A stretch of DNA of 64,000 nt from an uncultured Gemmatimonadales bacterium (lineage in GTDB: Bacteria > Gemmatimonadota > Gemmatimonadetes > Longimicrobiales > RSA9). Position numbers and translations under genes: made by a program. The stretch is taken from contig CAWCRS010000007.1 in the NCBI GenBank assembly GCA_963798085.1, positions 1,568,001-1,632,000 of the forward strand, read 5' to 3'. The notes beneath the pieces were generated by a model. That model searched no databases, was not told the DNA's origin, and worked only from the letters and a program-made list of their open reading frames with translations. Shown piece after piece: positions 26,466 through 37,154 of this stretch. The first letter of the stretch is position 1. Each line of letters begins with the position of its first letter.

Positions 26466-28625
26466 GTGACGGGGCTCACCGAGCGCATGGTAGCGTGGCT
26501 GCGCGATGAGGCGACGCATCCGGTGCGCCTTGCCGAGCTCGCCCGCGCACTGCGCGTGCAGCCCTCCGAACGAAAACCTTTCCGCCGCGCGCTTCGCCGC
26601 CTGATCACGGAAGGTGAAGTCTACCGCGTGCACGGCGATCGCTATGCCGTGCCCGGCCGCCTGCGTCTGATCAGCGGACTGCTCCGGGCGACGCGTCGCA
26701 ACTTCGGCATCGTCACGTCAGACGAGACCGGCGAGGAGCTGGTGATTCCGGCGAGCGCGCTCGCTGGTGCCGTGGGCGGCGATCGGGTAGTGGCGCGGGT
26801 GGAAGGCACAGCCCGGCGAGGCCGCACGGAGGGGCGCGTGATCCGCGTGCTCGAGCGCGGCCGCCAGACTGTGGTCGGACGCTTTCAGCCAGGTCGCACG
26901 CGCGGCAGCAGCATTGGTTTCGTCGTACCGGAGATGCCGGCGCTGATCCCACACGTCATCGTGGCTGCCGAGGACGCGGCCGGCGCGGTGGCAGGCGACA
27001 TCGTGCAGGTACGGGTGACCGACTGGGGCGAGGAGGGCCGCGCACCCACCGGCGCGGTGCAGCGTGTACTCGGTGCGTCCGACGCGCCCGGTGTCGATAT
27101 CCTCGCCATCGCGCTCGGTCACGAGCTGCCGATGGAATTCCCGGAACCTGCACTGGAACTGGCACAACGACTGCGCGAGCGCGGCATTCGGCCGCGTGAT
27201 CTGAAGGACCGCGAGGATCTGCGCGCATTGCACGTCGTCACAATCGATCCAGTCAATGCCAGGGATCACGACGACGCACTTTCCGTCGTTCCGCTCGGCG
27301 CCGGGACCTTCGAAGTGGGCGTACATATCGCCAATGTTTCGTACTACGTGCGCACGAATTCGCCGCTGGACAAGGAAGCGCTGCAGCGAGGCACGAGCGT
27401 GTATCTGGTGGACCGCGCGATCCCCATGCTGCCGGAGGCACTGTCATCGGACCTGTGCTCGCTGGTGCCCGATCAGGACCGCCTCACGCTGAGCGTCTTT
27501 CTCACGGTGAACACGGAAGGCCAGGTGCGCTCGATGCGGCTGGCGCAGGGCGTGATCCGCAGTCGCCATCGCCTGACTTACGATACCGTGCAGGCCGTGT
27601 TCGATGGACGGGATCGCATCGATGCCGAAACGGATCCGGTGCTGGAGCAGCTGCGCACGGTCAGCCGGCAGCTGCGGGCGCGGCGCGTCGCGCGCGGCAG
27701 CCTGGATTTCGATCTGCCGGAAGCGCGTGTCTTCCTGGACGAATCCGGCGTGCCTGTGGATGTGCAGCGAGCCGAGCGCTGGGAAAGCCACCGTCTGGTG
27801 GAAGAGCTGATGCTGGCGGCGAACGAGGCGATTGGCGGTCAGGCGACGAAGTCCGGGTACCCGTTCATCTACCGTGTTCACGAAGCGCCGGACGAAAGCC
27901 GGATGTTGCAGTTGACCGTGTATGCGCGCGCGCTCGGCTTCCAGGTGCCATTCCGGGGGCAACCACAACCCGCCCAGCTGCAGCGGCTGCTGGAGCAGAA
28001 GCCCGGCACGCCCGCCGCGCAACTGCTCGCGAGTCTGACGCTGCGCTCCATGAAGCAGGCGCGCTATCATGAGGCGGACGTCGGCCATTTCGGCCTGGCG
28101 ACGCACGACTACACGCATTTCACTTCTCCCATCCGGCGCTATCCGGATCTGCTGGTGCACCGGCTGGTGGCGGCGCATCATCTGGGCAGGGGCAGCGCCG
28201 AGCGCTACGAGGGCGAACGGGTGCGCGCGATTGCGCGCACGTCGAGTGAGCGCGAGCGCGTGGCCGCGGCGGCGGAACGCGACAGCATCGCGCTCAAGAA
28301 GGCGCGCTTCATGGCGGGCCATCTGGGTGCGACGTTCGAGGGCACCGTCAGCGACGTGCGTTCCTTCGGGGTCTTCGTTCGTCTCGATACGTACTTCATC
28401 GAAGGGCTGATCCATGTCAGCTCCCTCGGCGACGATTACTATGTCTGGGTCGAGGAACGCTTCCTGCTGACAGGGGAGCACACTGGACGCCGCTTCCAGG
28501 TGGGCCAGCGGTTGCAGGTGCAGGTGTCGAACGTCGATATGGAAGAGCGACGTATCGACTTCGTGCTCGCCCGAGAGCGCGATGCACTTCGCCGCGGCAG
28601 GCCACGGAGGAAGCGCCGGCAATGA
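26466..28625 (+). CDS. rnr: Ribonuclease R
   Basis: HTH, CSDs, TIDP..ARDHDDA, YTHFTSPIRRYPDL, S1 domain and basic tail. Confidence 0.95.
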   Translation: MTGLTERMVAWLRDEATHPVRLAELARALRVQPSERKPFRRALRRLITEGEVYRVHGDRYAVPGRLRLISGLLRATRRNFGIVTSDETGEELVIPASALAGAVGGDRVVARVEGTARRGRTEGRVIRVLERGRQTVVGRFQPGRTRGSSIGFVVPEMPALIPHVIVAAEDAAGAVAGDIVQVRVTDWGEEGRAPTGAVQRVLGASDAPGVDILAIALGHELPMEFPEPALELAQRLRERGIRPRDLKDREDLRALHVVTIDPVNARDHDDALSVVPLGAGTFEVGVHIANVSYYVRTNSPLDKEALQRGTSVYLVDRAIPMLPEALSSDLCSLVPDQDRLTLSVFLTVNTEGQVRSMRLAQGVIRSRHRLTYDTVQAVFDGRDRIDAETDPVLEQLRTVSRQLRARRVARGSLDFDLPEARVFLDESGVPVDVQRAERWESHRLVEELMLAANEAIGGQATKSGYPFIYRVHEAPDESRMLQLTVYARALGFQVPFRGQPQPAQLQRLLEQKPGTPAAQLLASLTLRSMKQARYHEADVGHFGLATHDYTHFTSPIRRYPDLLVHRLVAAHHLGRGSAERYEGERVRAIARTSSERERVAAAAERDSIALKKARFMAGHLGATFEGTVSDVRSFGVFVRLDTYFIEGLIHVSSLGDDYYVWVEERFLLTGEHTGRRFQVGQRLQVQVSNVDMEERRIDFVLARERDALRRGRPRRKRRQ

Positions 28626-28632
28626 GTGTCGT

Positions 28633-28662
28633 TTGACACTTTCCTCCGGGCGCGGCTACTTT
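28633..28662 (+). promoter_or_regulatory. Sigma70-type promoter upstream of the REC-GGDEF gene
   Basis: TTGACA-18 nt-TACTTT. Confidence 0.5.
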
Positions 28663-28704
28663 TTGCCGCCACCCGGTTCACTGCAACAAGTTGGTCCCGC
28701 TGCC

Positions 28705-29716
28705 ATGGGCGCTCGAAAGGTACTGGTCTACTTCTCTCCGGGAGGCCGTCCCATTCCGCCCGTGCTCCTGGCGTTTGCCCAGCTCCAGGGCCTGGACATG
28801 ATGGCGCTGAACGACCCGGAACAGGTCGAAGCGCTGGTCAACCGGTCCCTGCCCGCCGGCGTCATCCTCGACACCATGAGCGAAGACGCGGCGCTGACGA
28901 TCTGCCGCAAGTTGAAGCGCGACCCGTTCACGGCCATTGTGCCCGTGGCGCTCGTGGCGCAGCCGGGCCGCGAAGATCTGGTGCTGAGCGGCCTGGAGGC
29001 GGGGGCCGACGAAGTGCTCACGGGCGGAATGGTGGAGCGCGAGCAGATTCTGCGGCTGCGCATGGTGCTGCACCGCGCGGACCGCGATGTCAGCGTGCAC
29101 CCCACTACGCGACTGCCCGGGACCATTCAGATCGAGCGCGACATCGCCGAGCGGATGAAGCGCGGCGGCATGTTCGCGGTCTGCTACGCGGACCTCGATC
29201 ATTTCAAGGAATTCAACGACCGGTACGGCTACAACGAAGGGGATCGCGTAATCCGCGTCCTCGCACGCATACTTCGGGATGTGGTGCGCGGTCATTCCCC
29301 GGAAGGATTCGTGGGCCATATCGGAGGCGACGATTTCATTTTCAATGTGCCACTCGAGCGCATGCGCATTCTGCTGCGAAGAGATCATCGAGATCTTCGA
29401 CGAGATCATTCCGTTCCAGTACACGGAAGAAGACCGCCGCGCGGGCTACTTCCTGGGGCGTGATCGTCGCGGCAACATCGTGTGGGTGCCGCTCATGACG
29501 CTGTCCATCGGGGTCGTGACGAACGAGCACCGGCGCTTCGAGCACACCGCCCGTGTGAGCGAGCTGGCCACCGAGATGAAGACGTTCGCCAAGAAGCTTC
29601 CCGGATCCGTGTACGCAGTCGACCGTCGTACCACGACCGGGGGTACATACTACGGCAGGAACATCAGCTCAACCGGCGAACTCGAAGCCTTCGAAGCGAC
29701 CACCGACCTCCCATGA
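28705..29716 (+). CDS. Receiver-like + GGDEF-family protein, frameshifted near 29369
   Basis: REC-like GLEAGADEV; PTTRLPG, ADLDHFKEFNDRYG and HIGGDDF; continues in the next frame (PLMTLSIGVV...EMKTFAK). Confidence 0.8.
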
Positions 29717-30318
29717 ATATCCGTTGTCCGCAATGCCAGACCGTGTTTCGCGTGGACCCGTCGCGGATCCCCCCCGACGGTGCCAAGGCGAAATGCGCGC
29801 GGTGTGGCGCGAAGTTCGTCGTGCGCCCGCCGTCCGCGAACGAAGCGGCCGCCGCGCATGCCGCAGCCCCGCATCCACCACACACGACATCCACGCATGC
29901 GCACGCAGGCGCTCCGGGTTCGCCCGGCCCGATGCGCACATCGCCGTCGGCCTCGCCGGTTGCCCCCGCTGCGACAGCGCCGCCATTGATGGCAGCCAGC
30001 GCCAGCGCAGCACCGGCAGCCGTGGCCGAGCGCGCGACGCGCCCTGTGACAGCCCCGCCAGGCACACCCGGCGCCCGCGATCCCAACGTGCGCGCCGAAC
30101 GGCTGGCGCGCGCCCTGGTCTCCGACATCGTCGCGTATCACCCCGAACGCCGCGACCGCAGCCTCGCCGACGGCACGCTGCGCACCGAGTTCCGCGATGA
30201 GATCATGAAGAGCTGGGACGAATACGTCGCCCAGGTCGGCTCGACCGTGGCCAAGTCCACGCCCTTCTTCCGCGATGCCCTCAACAAGATCCTGGCCAAG
30301 GGGCAGAACGTCTTTTGA
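29713..30318 (+). CDS. MJ0042-type zinc-ribbon protein with Pro/Ala linker and helical C-terminal domain
   Basis: CPQC..FRV......KCARC; C-terminal ARALVSDIVAY. Confidence 0.8.
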   Translation: MNIRCPQCQTVFRVDPSRIPPDGAKAKCARCGAKFVVRPPSANEAAAAHAAAPHPPHTTSTHAHAGAPGSPGPMRTSPSASPVAPAATAPPLMAASASAAPAAVAERATRPVTAPPGTPGARDPNVRAERLARALVSDIVAYHPERRDRSLADGTLRTEFRDEIMKSWDEYVAQVGSTVAKSTPFFRDALNKILAKGQNVF

Positions 30319-30324
30319 CGGACA

Positions 30325-30689
30325 GTTGCCGGGGCTGGGGCTCGGGCTGGTTGCCGAGGAACGGCGTGACGGATTCGGGCGTTGCTGGCGCTGGAGAACG
30401 GATCCGGACTCAACTGGGCTGCTGGCCGGGCGATGACGCACGGAGTCCGCTCCGGGATGGGGATTGCGCACAGAACGCAGCGCCGTGTTAGTGCTGTCCT
30501 GACGCTCAGACCGCCCGCCGCGAGGATGGGGACCCTAACGTTGAGCTAGACGGGAGGCCGCCAGGACACGCCAGCCCGTGAATCGGGATCCGTTCCCGGG
30601 CAACCAGCCCGGGCCCCAGCCCCGCCAACGCCTCGAATCCGTTCCCGCCGTTCCCCAGCAACCAGCCCCAGCCAACCAGCTCCGGCAAC
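30325..30689. repeat. Long imperfect inverted-repeat element (MITE/REPIN-like)
   Basis: Left arm GTTGCCGGGGCTGG...GGAACGGCG...ACGGATTCG-GGCGTTG matches the reverse complement of 30620-30689 over about 70 nt. Confidence 0.8.
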
Positions 30690-30835
30690 GCCTCGCATCG
30701 GTTCTGCGCCGTTTCCCGGCCCAGGTGCACAGGCCGCGCCCCAGCAGCGCAGTTCGAGCCGAAACGTGAACCCCACACACGGGTAGACAGGCGGGGCCGT
30801 CCGATCGGGCGGCGCAGCTCTTCCAGGGAGAGGCA

Positions 30836-31946
30836 ATGGGCACGGAGACGGGGAACGTCCTGCAACCCGAGCGCGAGCGGCTGCATGCGCTCGGAGGCTA
30901 TCTTTGACGTTGCGAACAGGCGAGTTCGCATCGCGGCGCTGGATGCGCGCATGGCGGAGCCCGGGTTCTGGGATGATCCGGCAGGCGCGCGGGATGTGAT
31001 CAGCGAGTCCAAGGCGCTGAAGGCGTGGGTCGAGCCGTGGGATGAGCTGGCAGCGAAGGTGGATGAACTGGAAGAGCTGGCGGCGCTGCTGGAGAGCGAT
31101 CCCGACCCGGACGTGGAAAGCGACTGGCAGAGCGAACTGGAGCGGCTGCGCGACGCCATCGACCGGCTGGAGGTGCGCGCGCTGCTCAGGGGCCCTGACG
31201 ATGCCCGTGACGCGATTCTCACGGTGCACCCGGGCGCCGGCGGCACCGAGTCCCAGGACTGGGCCGAGATGCTGGTGCGCATGTACAGCCGCTGGGCGGA
31301 CCGGCACGGCTTCGAAGTGGAGGTGCTCGACCTGCAGGCGGGTGAAGAAGCGGGCATCAAGAGCGCTTCGTTGGAAATCCGCGGCACCTACGCATTCGGC
31401 TACCTGAAGTCGGAGAAGGGCGTGCACCGCCTGGTGCGCATTTCGCCTTTCGACGCGCAGAAACGGCGGCACACGTCATTTGCCAGCGTGTTCGTCTATC
31501 CGGTGGTCGATGACACCATCGACATCAAGATCGAAGAGAAGGATCTGCGCGTGGACACCTTCCGTGCGTCGGGGGCGGGCGGGCAGCACGTCAACAAGAC
31601 GAGCTCGGCCGTGCGCATAACGCATCTTCCCAGCGGCATCGTGGTGCAGTGCCAGAACGAGCGCAGCCAGTTCCAGAACAAGGCGACGGCGATGAAGATG
31701 CTGCGCGCCGAGCTGTACCAGGCGGAGCGCGACCGGCAGGATGCGGAGCGCCAGAAGCTGGAGGATGAGAAGACGGAGATCGCGTGGGGTAATCAGATCC
31801 GGTCCTATGTGTTCCAGCCGTACACGATGGTGAACGATCATCGCACCGAGTTGAAGATCGCCGATGTACAACGTGTGATGGATGGCGACCTGGATGGGTT
31901 CATTGAGGCGTTTCTGAAACAGCATGCCCACCGCGGCGCGGCGTGA
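30836..31946 (+). CDS. prfB: Peptide chain release factor 2 with programmed +1 frameshift
   Basis: ATG 30836, 23 codons to CTT TGA C (30902-30908) with internal SD GGAGG; SPF and GGQ motifs in the +1 frame. Confidence 0.97.
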
Positions 31947-33475
31947 TGGGGACGAAAATGGAAGAGACGGTCGGCTATGTGCGGCAGGATCGGCTGGAGA
32001 AGCTGGCGGCACTGCGCCGGGCCGGGATCGAGCCGTACGCCTACGCGTTCGACGTAACACACTCCACCGCGGCGGCGCGCGCGGCATTCGAAGCGCAGGC
32101 GGATCCTGCCAGTGCGCCGGAAGCCGGAGCGCGGGTACGTGTGGCGGGCCGGCTTCTGGCTCTGCGCTCGCACGGCAAGACGGTCTTCGCGGACCTGACG
32201 GATCGTGAAGGAAAGATCCAGCTGTACTTCCGCGCAGATATTCTGGGCCAGGAACGTTTCTCGGTGATCGACCTGCTGGACGCGGGGGACTGGCTGGGCA
32301 TCGAGGGCACCCTGTTCCGTACGCGCAGTGGTGAGCTGACGGTGCGCGTCACGCAGCTGGAGCTGCTGGCCAAGTCGGTGCGGCCGCTGCCGCTGGGCAA
32401 GGAGGAAATCGATGCAGCCACCGGCGACCGACGCGTGCACGGTGGTTTCGCCGACACGGAGCAGCGCTATCGCCAGCGCTACGCGGACCTGGCCGTGAAT
32501 CCGGAAGTGCGACGCACGTTCATGGTGCGCTCCCGGATCGTGACCGTGCTGCGTCGCCTGCTCGATGAACGCGGCTATCTGGAAGTGGAGACGCCCGTGC
32601 TGCAGCCGCTCTACGGCGGGGCATCGGCGCGTCCCTTCATCACGCACCACAACGCGCTGGACATGCCGCTCTACCTGCGCATCGCGGACGAGCTGTACCT
32701 CAAGCGTCTCATCGTGGGCGGGCTGGAGCGCGTGTACGAGATCAGCAAGGACTTCCGCAACGAAGGCATCGACCGCACGCACAATCCCGAGTTCACGATG
32801 CTCGAGTTCTACGAAGCATTCGCGGACTACGAAGACATGATGCGGCTGGTGGAACACATGCTCGCGACCGTGGTGCGCGAGGTGACGGGCGGCGCACGCC
32901 TGGAGACGCACGGGCGGGTGCTCGATTTCACGCCGCCATTCGCACGCGTTGGTTATCTGCAGGCGTTGCGCGAAGCGGGTGTGGAAGCGCGTAGCGCGAG
33001 CGATGCCGAACTGAAGCGTGCGGCAGCGAGTGCGGGCGTGGACGATGCGTCGTCGCTCAGCAGGCCCAGACTGCTGGACGAGCTGTTCAAGACACTGGTC
33101 GAACCAAAGCTGGACGGGCCCGTGTTCGTGACGGACTACCCGAAGGAGCTTTCGCCACTGGCCAAACCGAAGCGCGGCGATGGCACGCTGGTGGAACGCT
33201 TCGAACTCTTTGTTACGGGCCGCGAGCTGGCCAACGCGTTCAGCGAGCTGAACGATCCCTTCGATCAGCGCGAACGCTTCGAGGCACAGGCGAGGCTGCG
33301 CCAGGCTGGGGATGATGAGGCGCAGCTGCTCGACGAGGATTATCTGCGCGCACTCGAGTACGGCATGCCGCCGACCGGCGGGGTGGGGATGGGCATCGAC
33401 CGGCTGACGATGCTGATCGCGGACGAGGTTTCCATCCGCGATGTGATTCTGTTCCCCACCATGCGTCCGGAGTGA
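31946..33475 (+). CDS. lysS: Lysine--tRNA ligase (class II)
   Basis: RYRQRYADL, LRIADELYLKRL, FRNEGID..HNPEF and YGMPPTGG.GMGIDRL. Confidence 0.97.
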   Translation: MGTKMEETVGYVRQDRLEKLAALRRAGIEPYAYAFDVTHSTAAARAAFEAQADPASAPEAGARVRVAGRLLALRSHGKTVFADLTDREGKIQLYFRADILGQERFSVIDLLDAGDWLGIEGTLFRTRSGELTVRVTQLELLAKSVRPLPLGKEEIDAATGDRRVHGGFADTEQRYRQRYADLAVNPEVRRTFMVRSRIVTVLRRLLDERGYLEVETPVLQPLYGGASARPFITHHNALDMPLYLRIADELYLKRLIVGGLERVYEISKDFRNEGIDRTHNPEFTMLEFYEAFADYEDMMRLVEHMLATVVREVTGGARLETHGRVLDFTPPFARVGYLQALREAGVEARSASDAELKRAAASAGVDDASSLSRPRLLDELFKTLVEPKLDGPVFVTDYPKELSPLAKPKRGDGTLVERFELFVTGRELANAFSELNDPFDQRERFEAQARLRQAGDDEAQLLDEDYLRALEYGMPPTGGVGMGIDRLTMLIADEVSIRDVILFPTMRPE

Positions 33476-33479
33476 CGCC

Positions 33480-34733
33480 ATGAAACGCCTGGAATGGTAC
33501 ATCGCGCGCCGCTACCTCGCCTCGCGGCGCAAGGGCCGGTTCCTCTCGCTCATCACGCTCATTGCAGTGAGCGGGGTGTGCCTCGGCGTCATGGCATTGA
33601 TCACCGTGATCGGTGTCATGACCGGGCTGCAGCGCGACCTGCAATCGAAGATCCTCGGTTCCAACCCGCACATCTTCCTGTTCGAGAGCGGGCGCGGATT
33701 GAAGGTAGGGGACTGGCATCACGTGGTGGCACGCGTGGCGGCGACGCGTGGTGTGGTGGCGGCAGAACCGTTCGTCATGACGAACGTCGCGATCATCACA
33801 GGTGACCACAGCTACGCGCGCCCGGGACAGCTGTTCGGGCTGGATCCGAAGGTCGCCACGGAACCGCTCACGAAGGTGGAGAAGCAGATCCGCGATGGCG
33901 AGCTGAAGTTCGGACCCACGCAGAGCGGCAAGCCTGGCCTGCTGATGGGCGTGGGACTGGCGCAGACGCTGTCGGTGATGCAGGGCGACAGCGTGGTGGT
34001 GGCCTCATTCGAGAATTTCCGACTCGACCCGCTCACGGGAAATCCGCTCGTCAGCACGCGCTGGTTCGAGATAACCGGCATTTTCACGACGGGCATGTAC
34101 GAGTACGACAACCAGAACGTGTATGTGCCGCTGGCTACGGCGCAGGAGCTGCTGAACCTGCCGCCCGACTCGGTGTCAGGCGTGGCGGTGAACGTGGCGG
34201 ATGCCTGGAAGGCCGATGCCGTGGCCGCGACATTGACCTCCGACCTGGGTCACAGGTACTACGCAGAGACATGGATCGATCTCAACGCATCGCTCTTCTC
34301 CGCGCTGAAGCTGGAGAAGCTCGCGATGGCCGTGATCCTGTTCATGATCGTACTGGTCGCGGCGTTCAACATCGTAAGCACGCTGATCATGGTGGTGACG
34401 GACAAGACACGGGAGATCGGTATCCTGAAGTCGATGGGACTGACTAACAAGGGTGTTTTGCGCGTGTTCATGCTGCAGGGCATGGCCATCGGCCTGATCG
34501 GCACGGCACTGGGCGCGCTGGGTGGGGTGGCGCTGGTGACCGCGCTGGATCGCTTCCACCTCATCCATCTGCCGGGCGACGTCTATTTCGTCGACACGCT
34601 GCCGGTGAAGCTGGACCTGCTCGACTTCGCAATGATCGTCGTCATCAGCGTGGTGATTGCCTTCGTGGCCACGCTGTATCCTGCGCGGCAGGCTTCGCGA
34701 CTGCTGCCGGTGGATGCGATCCGCCATGACTGA
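33480..34733 (+). CDS. lolE: Lipoprotein-releasing ABC transporter permease (LolC/E)
   Basis: IARRYL, LEKLAM..ILFMIVLVAAFNI, K.REIGILKSMG and YPARQAS. Confidence 0.88.
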   Translation: MKRLEWYIARRYLASRRKGRFLSLITLIAVSGVCLGVMALITVIGVMTGLQRDLQSKILGSNPHIFLFESGRGLKVGDWHHVVARVAATRGVVAAEPFVMTNVAIITGDHSYARPGQLFGLDPKVATEPLTKVEKQIRDGELKFGPTQSGKPGLLMGVGLAQTLSVMQGDSVVVASFENFRLDPLTGNPLVSTRWFEITGIFTTGMYEYDNQNVYVPLATAQELLNLPPDSVSGVAVNVADAWKADAVAATLTSDLGHRYYAETWIDLNASLFSALKLEKLAMAVILFMIVLVAAFNIVSTLIMVVTDKTREIGILKSMGLTNKGVLRVFMLQGMAIGLIGTALGALGGVALVTALDRFHLIHLPGDVYFVDTLPVKLDLLDFAMIVVISVVIAFVATLYPARQASRLLPVDAIRHD

Positions 34734-35514
34734 GCGACCCGAGGCGGTGCAGCGGCCCGCGGCCATCCCGGAGGAGCCGGCGGTGATGCCCATCGCAATG
34801 GAGGCGGCTAAAGAGGCGCGCGTCGAACGCCCGATCCTTGAGGGAAAGAACCTGAGCCGGGTCTACATTGAGGAAGATGGCAGTGAACTGACCGTTCTGG
34901 ACGGGGTAGAGGTCGCAGTCGCAAGGGCGGAGGCGGTGGCGATCGTGGGAGCGAGCGGCGCCGGAAAATCCACGCTCCTGCACCTGCTTGGTTGTCTGGA
35001 CCGGCCCACGGCCGGTGAAGTGATCCTCGACGGCCGCCCCGTCTCGGCGCTCAACGACATGGAACTGGCGGCGGTTCGCAACCGCCGCATTGGCTTCGTT
35101 TTCCAGTTCCACCACCTATTGCGTGAATTCAGTGCAATCGAGAATGTCACGATGCCGATGCTGATTGCCGGCATGGAGCCGGGCGAGGCGAGCGAGCGAG
35201 CCGCCGAACTGCTGGGGCAGGTGGGTCTGGCCCCTCGCCTGAAGCACAAACCCAACCAGCTCAGCGGCGGTGAACAGCAGCGCGTGGCCGTGGCGCGCGC
35301 GCTGGCCAACCGTCCAGCCGTGGTGGTGGCCGATGAGCCGAGCGGGAATCTGGACACGCACACGAGCGAACAGTTGCACGATCTGCTCTTCCGCATGCGC
35401 GAGCAGCACGGCGTGGCCCTGCTGGTGGCCACGCACAATCGGGAACTCTCCGATCGAGCGGACCGGATCCTGCTCCTGAAGGAGTCCCGTTTGCAGAGCT
35501 TCTACCCGGCGTAG
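34726..35514 (+). CDS. lolD: Lipoprotein-releasing ABC transporter ATPase
   Basis: [27 protein letters not shown] and ADEPSGNLD. Confidence 0.9.
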   Translation: MTERPEAVQRPAAIPEEPAVMPIAMEAAKEARVERPILEGKNLSRVYIEEDGSELTVLDGVEVAVARAEAVAIVGASGAGKSTLLHLLGCLDRPTAGEVILDGRPVSALNDMELAAVRNRRIGFVFQFHHLLREFSAIENVTMPMLIAGMEPGEASERAAELLGQVGLAPRLKHKPNQLSGGEQQRVAVARALANRPAVVVADEPSGNLDTHTSEQLHDLLFRMREQHGVALLVATHNRELSDRADRILLLKESRLQSFYPA

Positions 35515-35520
35515 GGACTG

Positions 35521-36018
35521 ATGCAGTGCGATAACTGCGGGCAGAACGAGGCGATCATTCATCTGACGCACATCGAGGACGACCAGGTCTCGACGAAGCA
35601 CCTGTGCGAGGAGTGTGCGGCGGAAAAGGGCCTGCAGCCAGGCAATGCGAACGCCAATTTCCCGCTGACGGACTTTCTGGCCCAGGTGGGTCGCACGACC
35701 CCGGAGTCGGCCAGCAACTCGCCCTGCCCCTACTGCGGTCTCAAGTTCGAAGAGTTCAAGAAATCCGGCCGTCTCGGGTGTCCGCACTGCTACGTTTCCT
35801 TTGAAGCGCACCTGAAAGGGTTGTTGCGGCGGCTCCACGGCGGCGCTCAGCACACGGGCAAGGTGTACCTGCCGCCGAACCCATCCGACGAGCAGCAGCA
35901 GGAACGACTGGCCGGGCTGCGCCGCAAGCTGAGCAAGGCGGTGGAGCGCGAGGATTTCGAGCGGGCGGCGCAGATCCGCGACATGATCCGCCTGCTGGAA
36001 GGCGCACCGAGTGATTGA
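35521..36018 (+). CDS. mcsA: McsA (CXXC motifs + UVR domain)
   Basis: Four CXXC motifs, GRLGC..CY and EDFERAAQIRD. Confidence 0.9.
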   Translation: MQCDNCGQNEAIIHLTHIEDDQVSTKHLCEECAAEKGLQPGNANANFPLTDFLAQVGRTTPESASNSPCPYCGLKFEEFKKSGRLGCPHCYVSFEAHLKGLLRRLHGGAQHTGKVYLPPNPSDEQQQERLAGLRRKLSKAVEREDFERAAQIRDMIRLLEGAPSD

Positions 36019-37123
36019 CTACACATCGCTTTCCGACTTCGGCCTGAACTGGCTGGAGGCCAGTGGTCCGTACGCGGACGTGGTGCTGTCCACGCGTGTC
36101 CGCCTGGCGCGCAACCTCCAGGGTCACGCATTCAGCTCCCGCATCCGCGAGCCGGAGCGGGAGCAGATCTTCGAGCTGGTGCGGCGGGCGTGCGAGCGCA
36201 CCGACATCAAGGGCGGCATGACGCTCGATCTCTCGGCACTGGCGCCGCTGTCGCGGCGGGTGCTGCTGGAGCGCCACCTGATCTCGCGCGAGCTGTCGGG
36301 CGAGTCCGAGGATGCGCCAGCTCGCGGAGCCGGGCTGGTGGTGGGTCCGCGCGATGCGGTAGGCGTGATGGTGAATGAAGAGGACCACCTGCGGATCCAG
36401 GTGCTGCTCTCGGGGCTGCGGCTGCGCGAAGCGTATCAGACGGTGGACCGGCTGGATGAAGAGCTGGGCAGCCAGCTGCCCTTCGCGTACCACCAGGAGT
36501 TCGGTTTCCTGACCAGCTGTCCGACCAATGCGGGCACTGGACTGCGCGCCTCCATCCTGATCCATCTGCCCGGTCTGGTGCTCACGAAAGAGATCGGACG
36601 CATCCTGCAGGGCATCCAGCAGGTGGGCCTGACGTTCCGCGGACTGTACGGCGAGGGGTCCGAAGTGGTGGGCAACTTCTTCCAGATCTCGAATCAGACG
36701 ACACTGGGAAAGAGCGAAGAGGATCTGGTCGAGCACCTCGAGAAGATCGTGGGGCAGGTGATTCAGTACGAGACGCGCGCGCGCCGGGTGCTGCTGCGCG
36801 ATGCGCCGATGGTGATCGAAGACAAGATCTGGCGAGCGTACGGATTGCTGCGTTACGCACGCTCACTTTCATTCGAAGAAGTGATGAATCTCTTGTCCGG
36901 TGTACGACTGGGAACAAGCCTGAACCTTCTCTCCGGGCTTCGTGTATACACGCTCAACAAGATCATGATTTACGGGCAGAATGCCCATCTCGAGCAGGCG
37001 GCGGGACGGGCGCTCACCGAAGCGGAGCGGGACACGCACCGTGCGGCTTACGTACGGCGCGTTCTCGCAGCAGAAGGGGATGTCGTGGAACCGCCGTTCG
37101 AAGGTGTGGACGACGGGAACTAG
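36011..37123 (+). CDS. mcsB: Protein arginine kinase
   Basis: [31 protein letters not shown] and QISNQ.TLG. Confidence 0.93.
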   Translation: MIDYTSLSDFGLNWLEASGPYADVVLSTRVRLARNLQGHAFSSRIREPEREQIFELVRRACERTDIKGGMTLDLSALAPLSRRVLLERHLISRELSGESEDAPARGAGLVVGPRDAVGVMVNEEDHLRIQVLLSGLRLREAYQTVDRLDEELGSQLPFAYHQEFGFLTSCPTNAGTGLRASILIHLPGLVLTKEIGRILQGIQQVGLTFRGLYGEGSEVVGNFFQISNQTTLGKSEEDLVEHLEKIVGQVIQYETRARRVLLRDAPMVIEDKIWRAYGLLRYARSLSFEEVMNLLSGVRLGTSLNLLSGLRVYTLNKIMIYGQNAHLEQAAGRALTEAERDTHRAAYVRRVLAAEGDVVEPPFEGVDDGN

Positions 37124-37154
37124 TCATGCGATCCGACATCACCGACGAGGTCTC

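Noticed and set aside
24577..29716. Cluster of pseudogenes (PorV-like, DUF5683-like, GGDEF)
   Set aside because: Each has a single +1 indel in the same motif and no other decay, so an artefact is more likely than degeneration.
30477..30552. attC-like words (GCCGTGTTAG ... CCCTAACGTTGAGCTA)
   Set aside because: The boxes are in the wrong order for an attC, there is no cassette ORF or integrase, and they are explained as part of the larger palindrome.
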